A stretch of DNA of 63,810 nt, counting the filler, from Collodictyon triciliatum (lineage: Eukaryota), in the NCBI GenBank assembly GCA_043381765.1. It is 6 parts of 6 records of this genome, joined end to end, with 100 filler letters (N's around TTAATTAATTAA, not from the genome) between each part and the next. Parts side by side here need not be neighbours in the genome. Positions count along the whole stretch, not along the records: positions 1 to 12,022 come from JBHJMP010002254.1; positions 12,123 to 24,148 come from JBHJMP010002255.1; 4 more parts are not named here. One strand, 5' to 3'. The translations under genes were made by a program, and so were the position numbers. Position 1 is the stretch's first letter. Every line of letters begins with the position of its first letter. The notes beneath the pieces were generated by a model. The model did no database searches and was not told the origin of the DNA. It saw nothing but the letters and a program-made list of their open reading frames with translations. This document shows, one piece after another, positions 1 to 13,584 of the stretch.

Positions 1-213
1 AGGCTGCCCAACGGAATATACTCTGCTTTCTTTAATGAGGTCAAGGCATCCTTAGTGACTTTTCTGAATGGAATCATGTCTGGTGGCGACCTACCGCAAG
101 GATTTACAGAGGCTACGGTGCGGCTGATACCAAAGAAAGGAAACTCGAGCAATCTTGCAGACTGGCGGCCAAATTTCACTGTTGAATAATGACTACAAGA
201 TATTTACGAAACG
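1..213 (+). pseudogene. Non-LTR retrotransposon (L1/Tx1-type) reverse transcriptase N-terminal fragment, frameshifted
   Basis: Frame 1 reads ...LPQGFTEATVRLIPKKGNSSNLADWRP, then after a 1-nt shift near 172 ISLLNNDYKIFTK. This is the canonical LIPKKG...WRPISLLNxDYKI RT region of L1/Tx1 elements. Confidence 0.85.
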
Positions 214-687
214 AAAACACGCTCCCTGAAACGATTGGAGCAAACGACAACCTTACATCTATCTAGTCATGTTTGCGCCATCCGGCGAAGGGTGTTTGTA
301 CCCTCAAGCCTCCGAATATTCCACGAATGTATTTAACCACAAATCAGAACAATCATAGAAAGCATCCTATATTATCCATATTTAATGAATCTCTATGGAA
401 TCGACCGTCGCTTCAAAGATATAAGAATAGCTGTCTTCACCACGCGATGGAGTCAAACATGACGTACGACTGCGAAGCCTGGAAGGGTCGGAATGCAGAA
501 GCGCTCCCGGGAATCTGGAAGAGAACAAGAACAGCAAACAAGGGGAAATGACAGGATATTTGACACAGCACGAACATACATTTTTTCCCCTTTGTTCGGT
601 TCAAACAATACATAAATTACAACACTGACATACAATACAGTCCACAGTACAGAAAGGGATCTCCATCTGCGCGCGTAGCCAGTGAGC

Positions 688-2808
688 ATGTCTGATCCTC
701 TGGAAGAGCTCGCGCTGTGGTCACCAATTTTCCAGCCCACCAGCTCCCTCCGCAACTGCACCTTTCTCAACCTTATGCCGATCTCTGGAGAAAAACTGAC
801 ACAGGTGCCTGCAGGAGTTTGGGAGTTGACAGGCCTGCTTCGTCTTGCTCTCGAGCAAAATATGTTCGTGTCGTTGCCTCCTAGAATATCGTGCCTGAGA
901 CTCCTACAAGAAATAGACGTTCACGGCAACCAACTCAGTGCACTACCTCCAGAAATAGGCTTCCTGACCAATTTGACATTCTTGCATGTCGGGTTTAATC
1001 AGCTGACCTCTCTGCCTTCTGCCATTTCCCTCTTGACAGCCTTGGAGCATCTCCAAGCTAGTGCAAACATGCTATCTTCGCTCCCTCCAGAGATATCCTG
1101 CTTGAGAAGACTTAAAATACTTTCCATAGGTGATAACTTGGTAGGAAATATGCGTTTCTTGCTTTTTTTATTTTAAAACATAATGACACATGATCAGTGT
1201 ATTGTGCCTCATTCCTGTACTGTGACTCGTTATTAATGCACAGTCTTTTTTTTTTTTGGTCCTGCACAAAAAGTTGAAAGGAAGAATAAAAAAAATGCAG
1301 TCTTTTTTTTTTTAATAAGAATTTATGAATACCCGTCGTCTAGATCACAGAATTACCAGTTGAAATCACGGAGCTTCGAAATCTAGAAATATTGAGATGG
1401 GGGGATATAAGTGCAAGTTCTATGCGAGCTCCGTATGGAATAACCTCACTCCCATTGTGGAGAAACCCTGAAGCCAGCCACATCCAACGATTTGAGCTTT
1501 ATGGGCAGGCATGTCACAATATCTATTATATGGTCTATGTAAATTAAAGATACTTGTACAATTCGAAAATGCAATTATTTATTATTATTATTATGCTTAA
1601 CTATGAATATTTCCTAACATTTTTTTTTTTTACTTAATGGTGAATATCAGAGGACAGAGACTGCCGGACCTACTGTCACTAATGATCCAATGGAGCAGGA
1701 GCTCTTCGCTAATGTTATAATAGGGACAAAAAAGCTAGGGAGCGGTAAGCAGGGGTCTGTCTATGAAGGATCCTACCATGGAAATCCTGTGGCCATCAAA
1801 AAAATTCAACCTGGCACCAAAAGAGAAGGCCTCAACGAAGTCTGGGTGACCAACAAAGTTGCTCATGATCACATCATACACATCATAGGAGTGTTTACCA
1901 GTGTGGACAACTGTCTTTGTATAGTCATGCCGTTGGCATCCGAATCGCTTATGAACTACATCCAAAGAACGGGTAAATTCGAAGTCAAGAGGGTTTTAGA
2001 ATATGCTCGACAAATTTGCGGTGCTTTGCTTCATTGTGCTAGTGCCATTCCTAATAATGCAGTTCACCACTGCGACCTCAAAACAGAGAATATATTGATT
2101 GTCAATGGAGTCATCAAACTTGCGGACTTTGGTCTAGCATTCATCGATGAGAACACCCGGGCATCGTCTGCAAACCCGCATACATATATCGTATCTGAAG
2201 ATCAAGCGACAGGTGGAACTCACCGCTGGCAAGCACCTGAAATCTTTTATGAGGTATGCAGAAGTGAATACAAAGCATTCACTGGATCAGACAACATTGG
2301 ATTCCGAGGCCAATCTAGCGATGTGTACTCTTTTGGCCTCATCGTCTGGTCGATGGCGATGGGGGAATACCCTTTCGCTGGCTTTCATCCATCCGATGTC
2401 ATCAGAAGAGTTACTGAAGGCCTGAGACCAGATATCCCACCAGATATCCCCTTTGGAATTAGCCGCCTGATACGCGCATGCTGGAGCCATAACTACAAGC
2501 AGCGGCCCGGGTATGAGAAAATCAACCACTTTATCATCACGTCACTGAGCGACTCGCAGCTGACGGTTACCGATGTCGAAAGACTTCTACCACTTCGGTA
2601 TTCGCAAATAGCAAATATGCTGCAAGGGGAGTTATTTGAGTATCTAACTGACAATGGCATCTCCAAAGACGAGGCGTGGAAGTTGGTTCGGGGAATAATG
2701 ACTGGTAGTCACCTCCTGACCATGACAGCTGGCGATTTAACAACGCGGTTTGGTATCCGAAGATTCATATCCGATGCCATAGTCTCTTTGGCTCGACAGG
2801 AGTTATAA
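688..2808 (+). CDS. LRR + tyrosine-kinase-like (TKL) kinase + SAM-like C-terminus; 3 exons (688-1140, 1344-~1508, 1651-2808)
   Basis: Exon 1 has LxxLxLxxNxLxxLPxxI repeats and exon 2 reads ITELPVEITELRNLEIL. Exon 3 has GSGKQGSVY, VAIKK, HCDLKTEN, DFG, GTHRWQAPE and SDVYSFG. The C-terminal MTGSHLLTMTAGDLTTRFGI resembles a SAM domain. Both introns are phase 0; the second donor position is uncertain. Confidence 0.88.
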
Positions 2809-3639
2809 CTTTGGGGCTCGGGTGCTCGAGAAAGGTTAACCGGTACTCATCCTATCGGTGCCATGGGTCGTATGTGGTGATTTGCTTCACACTCCCACCC
2901 CCAAACAAGCGGGGGCAAGGAAAGCTATGATAACGAAATAAAANNNNNNNNNNNNNNNNNNNNNNNNNNNNNNNNNNNNNNNNNNNNNNNNNNNNNNNNN
3001 NNNNNNNNNNNNNNNNNNNNNNNNNNNNNNNNNNNNNNNNNNNNNNNNNNNNNNNNNNNNNNNNNNNNNNNNNNNNNNNNNNNNNNNNNNNNNNNNNNNN
3101 NNNNNNNNNNNNNNNNNNNNNNNNNNNNNNNNNNNNNNNNNNNNNNNNNNNNNNNNNNNNNNNNNNNNNNNNNNNNNNNNNNNNNNNNNNNNNNNNNNNN
3201 NNNNNNNNNNNNNNNNNNNNNNNNNNNNNNNNNNNNNNNNNNNNNNNNNNNNNNNNNNNNNNNNNNNNNNNNNNNNNNNNNNNNNNNNNNNNNNNNNNNN
3301 NNNNNNNNNNNNNNNNNNNNNNNNNNNNNNNNNNNNNNNNNNNNNNNNNNNNNNNNNNNNNNNNNNNNNNNNNNNNNNNNNNNNNNNNNNNNNNNNNNNN
3401 NNNNNNNNNNNNNNNNNNNNNNNNNNNNNNNNNNNNNNNNNNNNNNNNNNNNNNNNNNNNNNNNNNNNNNNNNNNNNNNNNNNNNNNNNNNNNNNNNNNN
3501 NNNNNNNNNNNNNNNNNNNNNNNNNNNNNNNNNNNNNNNNNCTGCTGTGTGTAGGCGACGGAAATAAAGGACTACGAAATAATATACTCGTTTGGCTAAT
3601 ATGTAAAGCAGGTACTGGAGTTACTTTACCCATTCACAA

Positions 3640-5607
3640 GGCAGGAGACAGATTGTTGGGAGAATGAGCCTGAAAACCATGGTTAGTGTCGATCTTCTTC
3701 CTTTTCTTCTTCCAACAAATAGACTAGGCTTTATTCGACCGCTTTCTTGTTTATTGCTTGCTTTCACATACACAATATCCTTTATATTGTGAATATATCA
3801 TTCTATATTCTCTTATTTTCTGCTTTTAAAGGATTTTTTTTTCATTAACATCTTATATTCTAAACCATTCTATTCTAATAGGATCAGGTCAATCCAACAC
3901 CTAATGTTGTGATTATGAGCCAACTTAAGCTGCGACAGTCAAACGGTTCGACGATATATATATATATATATATATCGAATAAATCGCTTTTTTTCCATTT
4001 AATCCTTTCCTACACATAAAAAGAAAAATAGCAGGGGTTTTTTTTTTTACATTATAATATCAAATTATAGTGATTAATTCTTACTTAAACCCAGCCAAGG
4101 ACAAACCTATCGTGAGGCAACCTTACGATTCATGTTTTGCGCGCAGTGGGCATATCTTTTCCTCCACATCCAGAATATATGTGGTAAAACTTGACTGATG
4201 CACATACCCTATTATGAAGTAGCATTTGATGAATAAATGGGGGGAAAAAAAAGTAGCATTTGATACATACCCTACTACTTTATATTTATATATGGCCAAA
4301 ACACGCTTGCATTTCGAGACGAATGAAGCAACCTTACATATATGCCGCATGGTTTACCAACAAAAATCCTAATCAAGCGATACACAATGAATGATAATCT
4401 CAATGAACATAATTAATTGTTCATGTACTTTTTTTTTAGGGCGAAGCAGGCAACAGTTTTCACAGGAACGACTTGATCGAGGGCCGGGATCGAGATGATT
4501 ATGCAAAGAACCTGCATCCGCGCACGTTTATGCCTTCGTCCACACAACCAAGGACTTTTTCGTCCCCGTCATACGTCAGTCCGCAGACAAATCCCGAGTC
4601 CCCGCCCACACATCAGTCATCCAAACCCAACATAAAGACAAGGCCTCTATTGAAAGGGAGCTATGGTTGCACCGGAACTTTGCTACAAGGGAGCGAATAT
4701 CCATTTTATGATGAAGGATTTGACGAAACAGACAAGTTTGCTTTCAGATTGAGTCAAGAAGGGGTTCGGTATGCTAAGGTTGCGTTCCTTTTCTTTTATA
4801 AACATACCAGGAATTCATGGATTTTAGGACTCTTAAAAACATATCGTGTTTTTTTCTTTTCATCGTATATATATATATTATAATAACAACCTATAAATAT
4901 TGTAGGGAAATGAACGGTCAAAGAAATTCCCTCCTATGAAGCCCCCAAACTTAATCACTGGGAATCAACCATTCGAACATCACTCGGCTTTCCTATCCGG
5001 AGGTTTCCCCCACCAATCTTCATCTTTACCTATATAAGATTACATTATTCTGTTGTTTTCATATTATCTCACCCGTTATTATTGTTTTATTTCCTGCGAA
5101 CACGTATTACCATGAAGCTAATAAGCTGCATAACGTAACATGCAGGAGAGAGAAATGATTTTATGAAGCTGCGCCCATCCAGCGCTCCTATGGGCTGGAG
5201 ACCTCCGAACATGGCTTCACATGTTATTTTCATCACATAATCCGAACCAATCATACTATCATCGGTAGCTTCGTTTGCTGTTTTTGTTAGGTACATATTT
5301 ATTTATTTTTTTTTTTATTTTTTTCTTGTTCCCGCTTCTCTGTTCTCACTTTCAGCGCTACAACTATACGATCGGCGATGTGCCCTGCGGTCATCCGGAT
5401 GGCTACATCCTCCAAGAAAAAGAGCGTGAAATGACACAGTTGGGCATTAAAAGTGGCCACAGAAGAGACGTCGGGAACCCGGAGAAGGCTTTTGTTCGGC
5501 ATTCATCACCATTCAAGGGTGTTGCTTTTGGTAAAAGTCTTTATCCAGAGGGCGGTGTTCAGTTATTCGATATGAATGGCCTTCGTGATGTAGAGTCACC
5601 AAACTAA
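3640..5607 (+). CDS. Multi-exon hypothetical protein (5' end uncertain, next to a gap)
   Basis: GC-richer open segments bounded by AG/GT at about 3640-3681, 3882-3945, 4440-4778, 4906-5002, from 5146, and 5356-5607. Phases are mostly compatible. No domain recognised. Confidence 0.45.
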
Positions 5608-6459
5608 GTGAGTGGGTGAGAGAGTGGGTGTGAGAGAGAGAGAGAGAAAAAAAAGAAGTCAAAAATAAACCAAATGAAAATGAATCTTTTCTTCCGTTTC
5701 AACATAATGCCTCCTTCGTTGTTCCATCTCTCATTATTTTCTTTACAAAGAACTGGGAGAAATTGGCACATTTCAATGGTTCTCCAAACAAAAAGATATA
5801 TTCTGCTGCACAAGATACATAACCAACCAGAATACTGTTGGGTCGGGTGCTGGTCTGTCGGGGTATGTCAGGAATAAAAAAAAATCATATTTTTGAACAG
5901 CGCTTTCGTTCAGTCATCACCCGATATCATAAGGGTGGCGAAGGTCCTTACTTGTCGTTGTCCATGGTGTTGTAGTGGTGATTCAGCTATGAGAATTTAC
6001 ATAATAACAATCACAATCATAATCACGTGTGGCTGTTTCAATGATGCCAGTGCATTCAACAAGAATCACCAAATCCATGAATGTTTTGCCCTGCGCGTAA
6101 AAAAAATCACTCCAGGACGGTCGCGTCTGCGAGGGCGTTCCTTGTGTTCATTGAGAAAGATAGAGTTAAAGGACAGCCCCTGTCGCCGTCTTCAAAAACA
6201 AGGTATGATGTAAGCAGGATACGTGTTGCAGTTGGGGGGTGGCGTTTCCTCTCTTTGAATCGGAGAAAAAGACACAACAGGTGCAAATATAAGCTATACT
6301 TTACGCTTTGTGAGAGGTAGGCTTTTTAATATAGATGTTTTGCAAGGGGGTTAAAAGAAAGGGAGGAAAAAGATGACAGCGAAAAGATAGGTAGGCGAGG
6401 TGAGGCGAATATAGGAGCAAATGGTGAAGAAAGTGTCATCTTTTCTTCTGATGATTGGA

Positions 6460-8506
6460 TTATGCATCTGCCTGCTGGGACTCGGATTCGGCCTTGACAA
6501 CCAGGTAGGAGCGGATGCCTGAGGCCAACACAGTATCAAATCACATTCGTGGTTGATGTCTTACTACATGTATGTATGAATATATGTATATTATGGCTAT
6601 TTCGGTTTGCTGCTTGCATGCTACCTGACCGACAGATGGGGCATTTGTTTGTCTGCTTTCGAAAGTCTTCCACGCAGAGATCGCAGAGACACATATGACG
6701 GCAGGGAAGGACAGCGGTGGTGCGTTTGTTGGTCATGCAGACAACACACTCTTTCCCTGGGAGGTGCGGTGATATGCGGATGGTGAAATGAGGAGTATAA
6801 GAGTAGAAAATAGGAGAGTAACATGAAATTGGAGTGGCTCTGGAGTACGTATTGTCTGAAAAAAAAAGAAAAGAAAAAGAAGAGAATCATCGTGAATTTA
6901 CCGTCATCTGAATCAGGGGATGTGGGTGTTTGGTCTATGCCGTAAATCTCATGCAAAACATACACATTCTCTCCCACCTGTTACATGGGCGCATACACAG
7001 GGTGAGTGAGGGAATAGAATGGTTCAGTCAAGCTTTTTTTGGGTTCACTGCAATACATGAGCACAGAGTCATATTCGCCTTTTAAAAAAAAAAAAGTGGG
7101 AAAAAAGCCCGTGCGGCGATGTAAGGATATAGTCTCACGCGGATTTCTTGTTTCATAACTTTCGCATCATAGGGTCGCACTGTTCCTTGAACAAAACTGA
7201 TGAATGTTGTCTGTGAACGGACTGTTGTGCTCCTTTCCGATTCTGCCATATTTGCTTCGGGAGGAAGAAATGGAAAGTTAGTTAAATAAATAGAATGAAA
7301 TTAACGTAATATGTGGTATCGTACAAACAACCATTTGCGGTGGTATGGCATAGGTAAATTTGATTCGTGGAACATGCTTTTACAAATGCGACTACTGATG
7401 TTTGCATTCTAGCATGAGAGAGACAAAAAAAAAACCTGTCTCTAAGACAAAAATGACTGGAACCCACTCCCCTGCAACAGCTTTGGTTAGTTTTGATGAG
7501 TCAATGCTTGTTACATCTATTGCGTGCTCGAATGGAACGGTGAATTCTTGATTCAATCCAGCTTCCATATGATATTTGTGTACTTGTGATTCGTCTTCAG
7601 AGATGTACCTACAAGACATCATCTTGTTGAGTTTCATTGAATTATATTTTTTTCTTAAAAGATAACTGTGTGAATATATCTGCGGGTAGCGCGTAATTAG
7701 CGGCGTCGGTGTGTGAATATGAGGTTCCTTTTTTTACGTGACTGAATTCGGAGCAGAGTCTTCTTTGGCAAAATAATAAAGGGTCAAAACGGCGCTTGAA
7801 TTAAGATCCACAGTCAACCGAAAGGTCATGATGTTGGGATTATCGGGAGACTGCAAAACTCGGATCGAATCTTTCTTTAAATTTATGTCACTTTTGATGG
7901 TTTTGGTATTATGCACGCGGGGTTGCGGTTGTGGAGGCTGCCAGGGATATTGATAGATAAATTCAGTTTAATAAATAAGGCAAGATATTAATCAAGGGGA
8001 CAACCAACGAAGCCAACAATAAACCATTCAATTATGGCACGTTTCGAACACAGATAATAATATAATTACAATGGTGTTGATGATGATGAAGATGATAATG
8101 ATAAGTATAATCATGACAGAGTGTAGACAATGATTGATTTGGAAAATAATAAAGATAAATTTGTGATAGTTTTTAAATTTGTGCAGCGAACTTGTATTAC
8201 CCCGTAAGGATTCCCAAAGGGCAAATCACGTCCGAAGCCGCCCAGTGCAAAGGGATCATTGCCCATATAGAACGGCTGCCCACCAGGGATGAAGTGTGGG
8301 CCGTAATACATTCCAGCAGCCGGAACGAAGGGCATATTGGGAGGGCGATTTGCAGCAGAAGGGTTGGGTCGTGTGGCAGGATATGCATTCTGCGCCTGTG
8401 GTTGTTGTGGTTGTGGTTGCTGTTGTGGTTGTGGTTGTGGGTCGGCTGCTTCTTCGTCCAAGCGATCATGATTTCTGCGTGGCCTGCTGGAAGATACTCC
8501 CCCCAT
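6460..8506 (-). CDS. MGRN1: Mahogunin/RNF157/LOG2-type RING E3 ubiquitin ligase, multi-exon
   Basis: N-terminal MGGVSS (myristoylation-type Gly2), [20 protein letters not shown] (DAR2-like), YVLHEIYGI, and the [44 protein letters not shown]. Last exon [19 protein letters not shown] ends at 6460. Confidence 0.88.
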
Positions 8507-9412
8507 TTATGATTCAGCAGTTGTTGAGGATTTGTTGGAGGCTATTGTCCTTTTCGGGCCGTTGCCTGGCTGTGAGTTGATTGTTGGGTTTTTTTTTTGA
8601 CGGAAAACAAAACAAAAGAAAGAAGGATTAAGTATGGATAAAATAATGATCACTTTTTTTATATGCATTATATGAAGCGGACCGCGTGTTGTATTTGTAG
8701 TTGGGGTAGTTGAGGAAGGATAAAAATATGTCTGCAGTCATTCCCTTGGGGGAAAAACAAGAACGAAAAGCGATTCCCAGAGCGTGAGAATATATTAGAC
8801 AGCTGTACTTGTTTCTGGTTTTTTTATGCTTATTATTTTGTTTTTTTTTTAGAACAGCATCGCCTTACTGAGCTTTCCTATGAAACACTTTTTCTTTCTT
8901 TTTTTGGTCGAGAAAAGCGATCGCTTCTGGGTTTATACAAAAGAAACGAGGCAATCAAACGCATCTTCAAATAACATAGTTTAAAAAGTATTCATGACGC
9001 AGCCTCCTTGAAACATTATGTCTAATCAGACCAAGTTGGCCATTTGGATGGTCGTAACAACAGTTTCGCCTGCTCACAGAAAGAAGGGAGAGTGGGTGCG
9101 GCTCGTTGTTCTGGGAGGCAACCCAGAGACAAGCACATCTTGTTTTTTGCCACCATCCGCACACAGCCGCCTGTGCGATCTGTTCCAGCTTTGTATTGTC
9201 CCATATACGGAGCAAGATAATCGATGTTTTTCTAATCCGTGTCTCTATGCACACATATTGCGAATTATTAGAAAATTTCTTAAAAATATTACATTTATAG
9301 AAGTATTGTATAAATATCAGGCTCGTTCAAATATTTTTCACATTTTGCCCATTTTTGGATGAAGTATGTATTTGGAAATAGATCATCACACATATCCGGA
9401 TGAGTCGAGATC

Positions 9413-9442
9413 CTTCTAGACCATATAAGAATATTCTGGAAC
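9413..9442 (+). promoter_or_regulatory. Heat-shock element upstream of the DnaJ gene
   Basis: aGAAt-aTTCt-gGAAc (9428-9442) is a perfect three-unit nGAAn inverted array, with in-phase cTTCt-aGAcc at 9413-9422. TATATATA lies at 9499-9506 and the Hsp40 ATG at 9662. Confidence 0.75.
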
Positions 9443-9661
9443 TATCCACACACAAACACACACAAAAAAGCCACCCAAACAGAGGCGCTAAGCCCACGTA
9501 TATATAGTTCAGCTTCTAAATCCTATTGGACTTGCGCGTCTCTGTTTGCTTTAATCATCAATCTATATCACAACTATCCAGCAGTAGCAAAGAGGACAAA
9601 AAGTACAACAGCAAAGACATCCACCAGAACAGCAAAAGCAACAAGAACAAAAAGAGCAGCC

Positions 9662-10768
9662 ATGGGATTGGACTACTACAAGATACTTGGTGTGGAACGC
9701 AACTGCACCGAAGAAGACCTGAAGAAAGCATACCGCAAACTGGCGCTCAAGTGGCATCCGGACCGCAATCTTGACAACAAAGAGACTGCCGAGAAGAAGT
9801 TCAAGCAGATTGCCGAGGCGTATGACGTCCTGAGCGACAAAAACAAACGAGCCATCTACGACCAATACGGCGAAGAAGGCCTGAAAGGCGGGATTGGAGG
9901 AGATAGCGGGCCGAACGGGGGAGCAGGCTTCCACTCTTCATTCAGTGGGATGCCAAGTGGCGGAACTTACCACTTCGACTCGTCAGCCGCACAGCGGATA
10001 TTCCAGCAGTTTTTCGGAGGGAACGGCCTAGGTGGCTTCGGCGGCTTCGGCGGCTTTGGGCAGAGTTCCAGCTTCTTTGATGGCATGGAAGCAGACGACT
10101 TTGGTGGCTTTGGACATCAGACTCAGTTTCAGTCTGCAAACGGAGGCAGTCCATTTGCCAGCCACGGACCGAAAAGACATACCTCCGAGAGCGGCAGGAG
10201 AAAGGCTGAGCCTGTCACCAGGGACCTGATGTGCTCTCTGGAGGATTTATACACTGGGACGATAAAGAAGCTGAAAATCACTCGCCGTGTCTTTGACAAG
10301 GGCTCGCAGAAGCTGGTCAATCAGGAAAAGGTTCTGCAGGTGGAGATTCGCCCTGGGTTCAAGGCCGGAACAAAGATGACATTCGAGAACGAGGGAGACG
10401 ACGACGACCCGACAGGACAGACAATACCTGCCGATATCATATTTGTCATCCAAGAGAAGCCACACCAGCGCTTTTCCAGAGAGAAGGACGACCTTATTTA
10501 CACCCACGACATCACCCTTACGCAAGCCTTGTCCGGCTCGACTGCTTTCTCGGTAGTGACCTTGGACAACCGAACCATCACCCACAGAGCGAGTGAAGTC
10601 ATCACCCCAGAGACCAAGACTGTGATACCCAACGAAGGAATGCCCATATCAAAGATGCCTGGCAAGAAAGGAAACCTCATCGTTCGCTATCGCATCAAGT
10701 TCCCGTCACGCTTGACGCCAGAGCAGCATTCCGCCGTCTCTAAAGCCCTGGATGGTGCATACAAGTAA
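9662..10768 (+). CDS. Class B DnaJ/Hsp40 co-chaperone (Sis1/DNAJB1/4/5 type), intronless
   Basis: J domain DYYKILGV...KWHPDRN, G/F-rich linker, and DnaJ_C (CSLEDLYTG...[15 protein letters not shown]). No zinc finger. Confidence 0.96.
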   Translation: MGLDYYKILGVERNCTEEDLKKAYRKLALKWHPDRNLDNKETAEKKFKQIAEAYDVLSDKNKRAIYDQYGEEGLKGGIGGDSGPNGGAGFHSSFSGMPSGGTYHFDSSAAQRIFQQFFGGNGLGGFGGFGGFGQSSSFFDGMEADDFGGFGHQTQFQSANGGSPFASHGPKRHTSESGRRKAEPVTRDLMCSLEDLYTGTIKKLKITRRVFDKGSQKLVNQEKVLQVEIRPGFKAGTKMTFENEGDDDDPTGQTIPADIIFVIQEKPHQRFSREKDDLIYTHDITLTQALSGSTAFSVVTLDNRTITHRASEVITPETKTVIPNEGMPISKMPGKKGNLIVRYRIKFPSRLTPEQHSAVSKALDGAYK

Positions 10769-12022
10769 CCAGCTATTTCCATCTGCACAGCCGCCTGCAT
10801 CACGCACACACTAACCAAAGCAAAAGAAAAAGAAAAAAAAAGAAGCTCTTCAAAGGTAGAAAGTAATTCCCTTCTTACTTTACTTTACAGCCATCCTCTT
10901 GCTCTCCTTTCCTTTCTCCCCATCCAATACCCATACAACAATGCGCCAACTTTTTCCCTCTGCCATAACAGCGCCCAATCGAAACACCTTTCCTGTGATA
11001 ATAAATTCCTCCATTCCACATGTTATCTACACGGCCCAACGAGAGGAACATCTCCAGTCAATCGCGTATCGCATCGCTTCCCCTTATATCTTTTCCCACC
11101 GTATTTTCTTTTTAATTCATACGGCGATGTCTGACGGGGCTGGGCGTGCCATTGCCACGACTGGATGACCCATGCGCGGCAACAAACAAAGAATGCGATG
11201 CCCCCTGAGTGGAGCTCAAGCGGGAGGAGAAAAAAACGTACTGATTGGGGGGTGAACTAAACAGAGGAAAGAGAACAAGGCAGAGACCCAGACAAAATTG
11301 GTATCAGCGAAAGGCCCGCCCCTGCCTGAGGAAGCGGGCAGCTGATGAATCCACTGGGTCGGCAGAGGAGTCGGCAACAATTATAGAGAAGAGATGCAAG
11401 GACTCAGAGAGGAGAAGGAACGAAGGAAAACGGAGAAAAAGAGACAAGAGAAAGCATGTCGGTCCAGAGAGGGAAAGAGAGAAGGAAGGAAAGAAAAATG
11501 TAGATATGGCACTTAGATGACAGATTAATCAACGGGACCAGCGAAGGGTCTTGAGTGATGTATATTTTTTCTCTCTCTGATTTTAAGCAGCAATATTTGT
11601 TAGGCTTTAACAAATGATATTGTTGTCGTGGTTGAAAAGGCAACAAGAAGAGTTGATATTTTCAAATAAAAAAAATAAAGTAGCCCGTGACGGTGCGCCC
11701 ATTCGATTGAAATCTGCCTCCTGTGATGTTTAATGGCGGTCTTGGAGATGGAGTCGGACGTCCTCAACCTATTAGGTTTCAAACACTCACTATTCATAAT
11801 GAAGCAAAATCCTTCGAGGATAAGTACAAGAAAAAAATAAATCTAGATTCGTATACTTCCATAAACATGTCAATATGAAAGGAAGAAAACAAATGATGTT
11901 AGATCAGATAATGGACAATAGATAATAGACAAGTGATAAAATATGGTTATGTGATTTCACAGGTTCGGCAAAAGCACCTCAGGAAGAGTCTGCAAAAACG
12001 GGAGCATTTCCATTAATTCGCA

Positions 12023-12122
12023 NNNNNNNNNNNNNNNNNNNNNNNNNNNNNNNNNNNNNNNNNNNNTTAATTAATTAANNNNNNNNNNNNNNNNNNNNNN
12101 NNNNNNNNNNNNNNNNNNNNNN
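12023..12122. other. Artificial scaffold linker (N-TTAATTAATTAA-N)
   Basis: TTAATTAATTAA at 12067-12078 between N runs; stops in all six frames; recurs about every 12.1 kb. Confidence 0.95.
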
Positions 12123-12374
12123 TTTTATTGTTTTTATTGTTTTTTATTGTTTTTTATTGATTATTATTTTTTATTATTTATTATTTATTATTTATTATTT
12201 ATTATTTATTATTTATTATTTATTATTTATTATTTATTATTTATTATTTATTATTTATTATTTATTATTTAATACAACTGCACAAAATTCTTGCAATAAA
12301 CTTTATCGCTGAAGTAAGCGTATATATTTAAGGTGTCGGACGATTCTGCAGCACCCTTATATCTTACTCAACAG

Positions 12375-12969
12375 TCAATCATGATACTTATGCAACCTTT
12401 GATTGACACTCAAACTGGACGATTTTGGGTCATCAGATTCATGAAATATATTTCCCCGGAGCACAAACATGCCTTGTAAGTATTTATGCACCGTAAATGT
12501 TACCATGTAATTGGAATAAGATTCACGCCATTCGTTTAGTCATGGTTTTATTTTTGTATGTAGTATCGAGGAATCAATGCAAATCAACGAAACATTTCAA
12601 AGGAAGGCATCCCTCCAAATATGCTGCGCTAATTTCATATCTCGTCTGGCTGCTTGTGTGACTTACATAATATTTGCCCATATATGCTACTACGGCCCAA
12701 ATAGACCGTATATTGTTCCATTTGAGCGTGTTACCACAGAAGAGTTTGATGCTAATATAAAATTTGTTGTCATATGTTTCGTAGTTACATTCGTCGAGAT
12801 GTTACTGGTCAGAAGGGTATTATTTGTCAAATATAAGCGCGATTTTCTAACAGACTATATCGAAATGGCAGCAAACAAAGCCATCATTATGAGTAGTCTT
12901 TACACTTCAGTCCTGGTGTTTACCCAACTTGCTGTGATAGCCCACGGAAATCTACTTCTTCGTTATTAA
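12375..12969 (+). CDS. 3' exons of a multi-pass membrane protein (5' end cut by the scaffold edge)
   Basis: ORF 12577-12969 has several hydrophobic segments and is preceded by an intron ending at 12563 and a short upstream exon. Family not recognised. Confidence 0.45.
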
Positions 12970-13584
12970 ACGCGAAAGGAAAATCGATGTCCTGATTCGT
13001 ATTTTTTAAAAATTATAATTGAAAGGTTGGATTTTTGGGACATGCCCTTTTTCAACCTTTATATTTTTGTTCACTTCCTTCTTTTATTAATTTTGCTGTA
13101 CGCAACCTCCAAAGACGAATTTAATAAAATAAAACCATCTGCAATCATTCCCCTTGGAAACCACATAACCAGCTTTTACCCTAAACGAAATAGATAAATC
13201 AGTCAATATCTCGAAAAATACCATTCTAATCTAAGCCACAAGTCCCTCATTCCTTCTTTCACTTATTCTGATGAAACCCAAACACCTCGGCACTGGAAAA
13301 GATGGAGAAAAAAATAGAAGCTCCTTAAACTATATTTGGTATGATTGAACTATTTCCCCTTATATCATAAATGAATAGGATCAAATTCAATCACAATCAC
13401 AATTCAAAAATCAAACCCCAGATCCAAAAGCCCCACAACACACAACACACAAAGCACAGTACCTTTACCTCAACTCCCAAAAGCGCATGGGTTGTGAAAG
13501 CCACTGAGGAAATCAGCCCGGGAACAAGAATAATCCAACTAGAGGCTCGATCAAAAACCCCGACTCACTTACACACTTGCATAG

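Noticed and set aside
2944-3541. ORFs running through N gaps (also 20489, 37104, 57396, 59019)
   Set aside because: Artefacts of ambiguous bases.
3952-3977. Palindrome CGATATAT...ATATCG
   Set aside because: An (AT)n microsatellite is self-complementary by nature.
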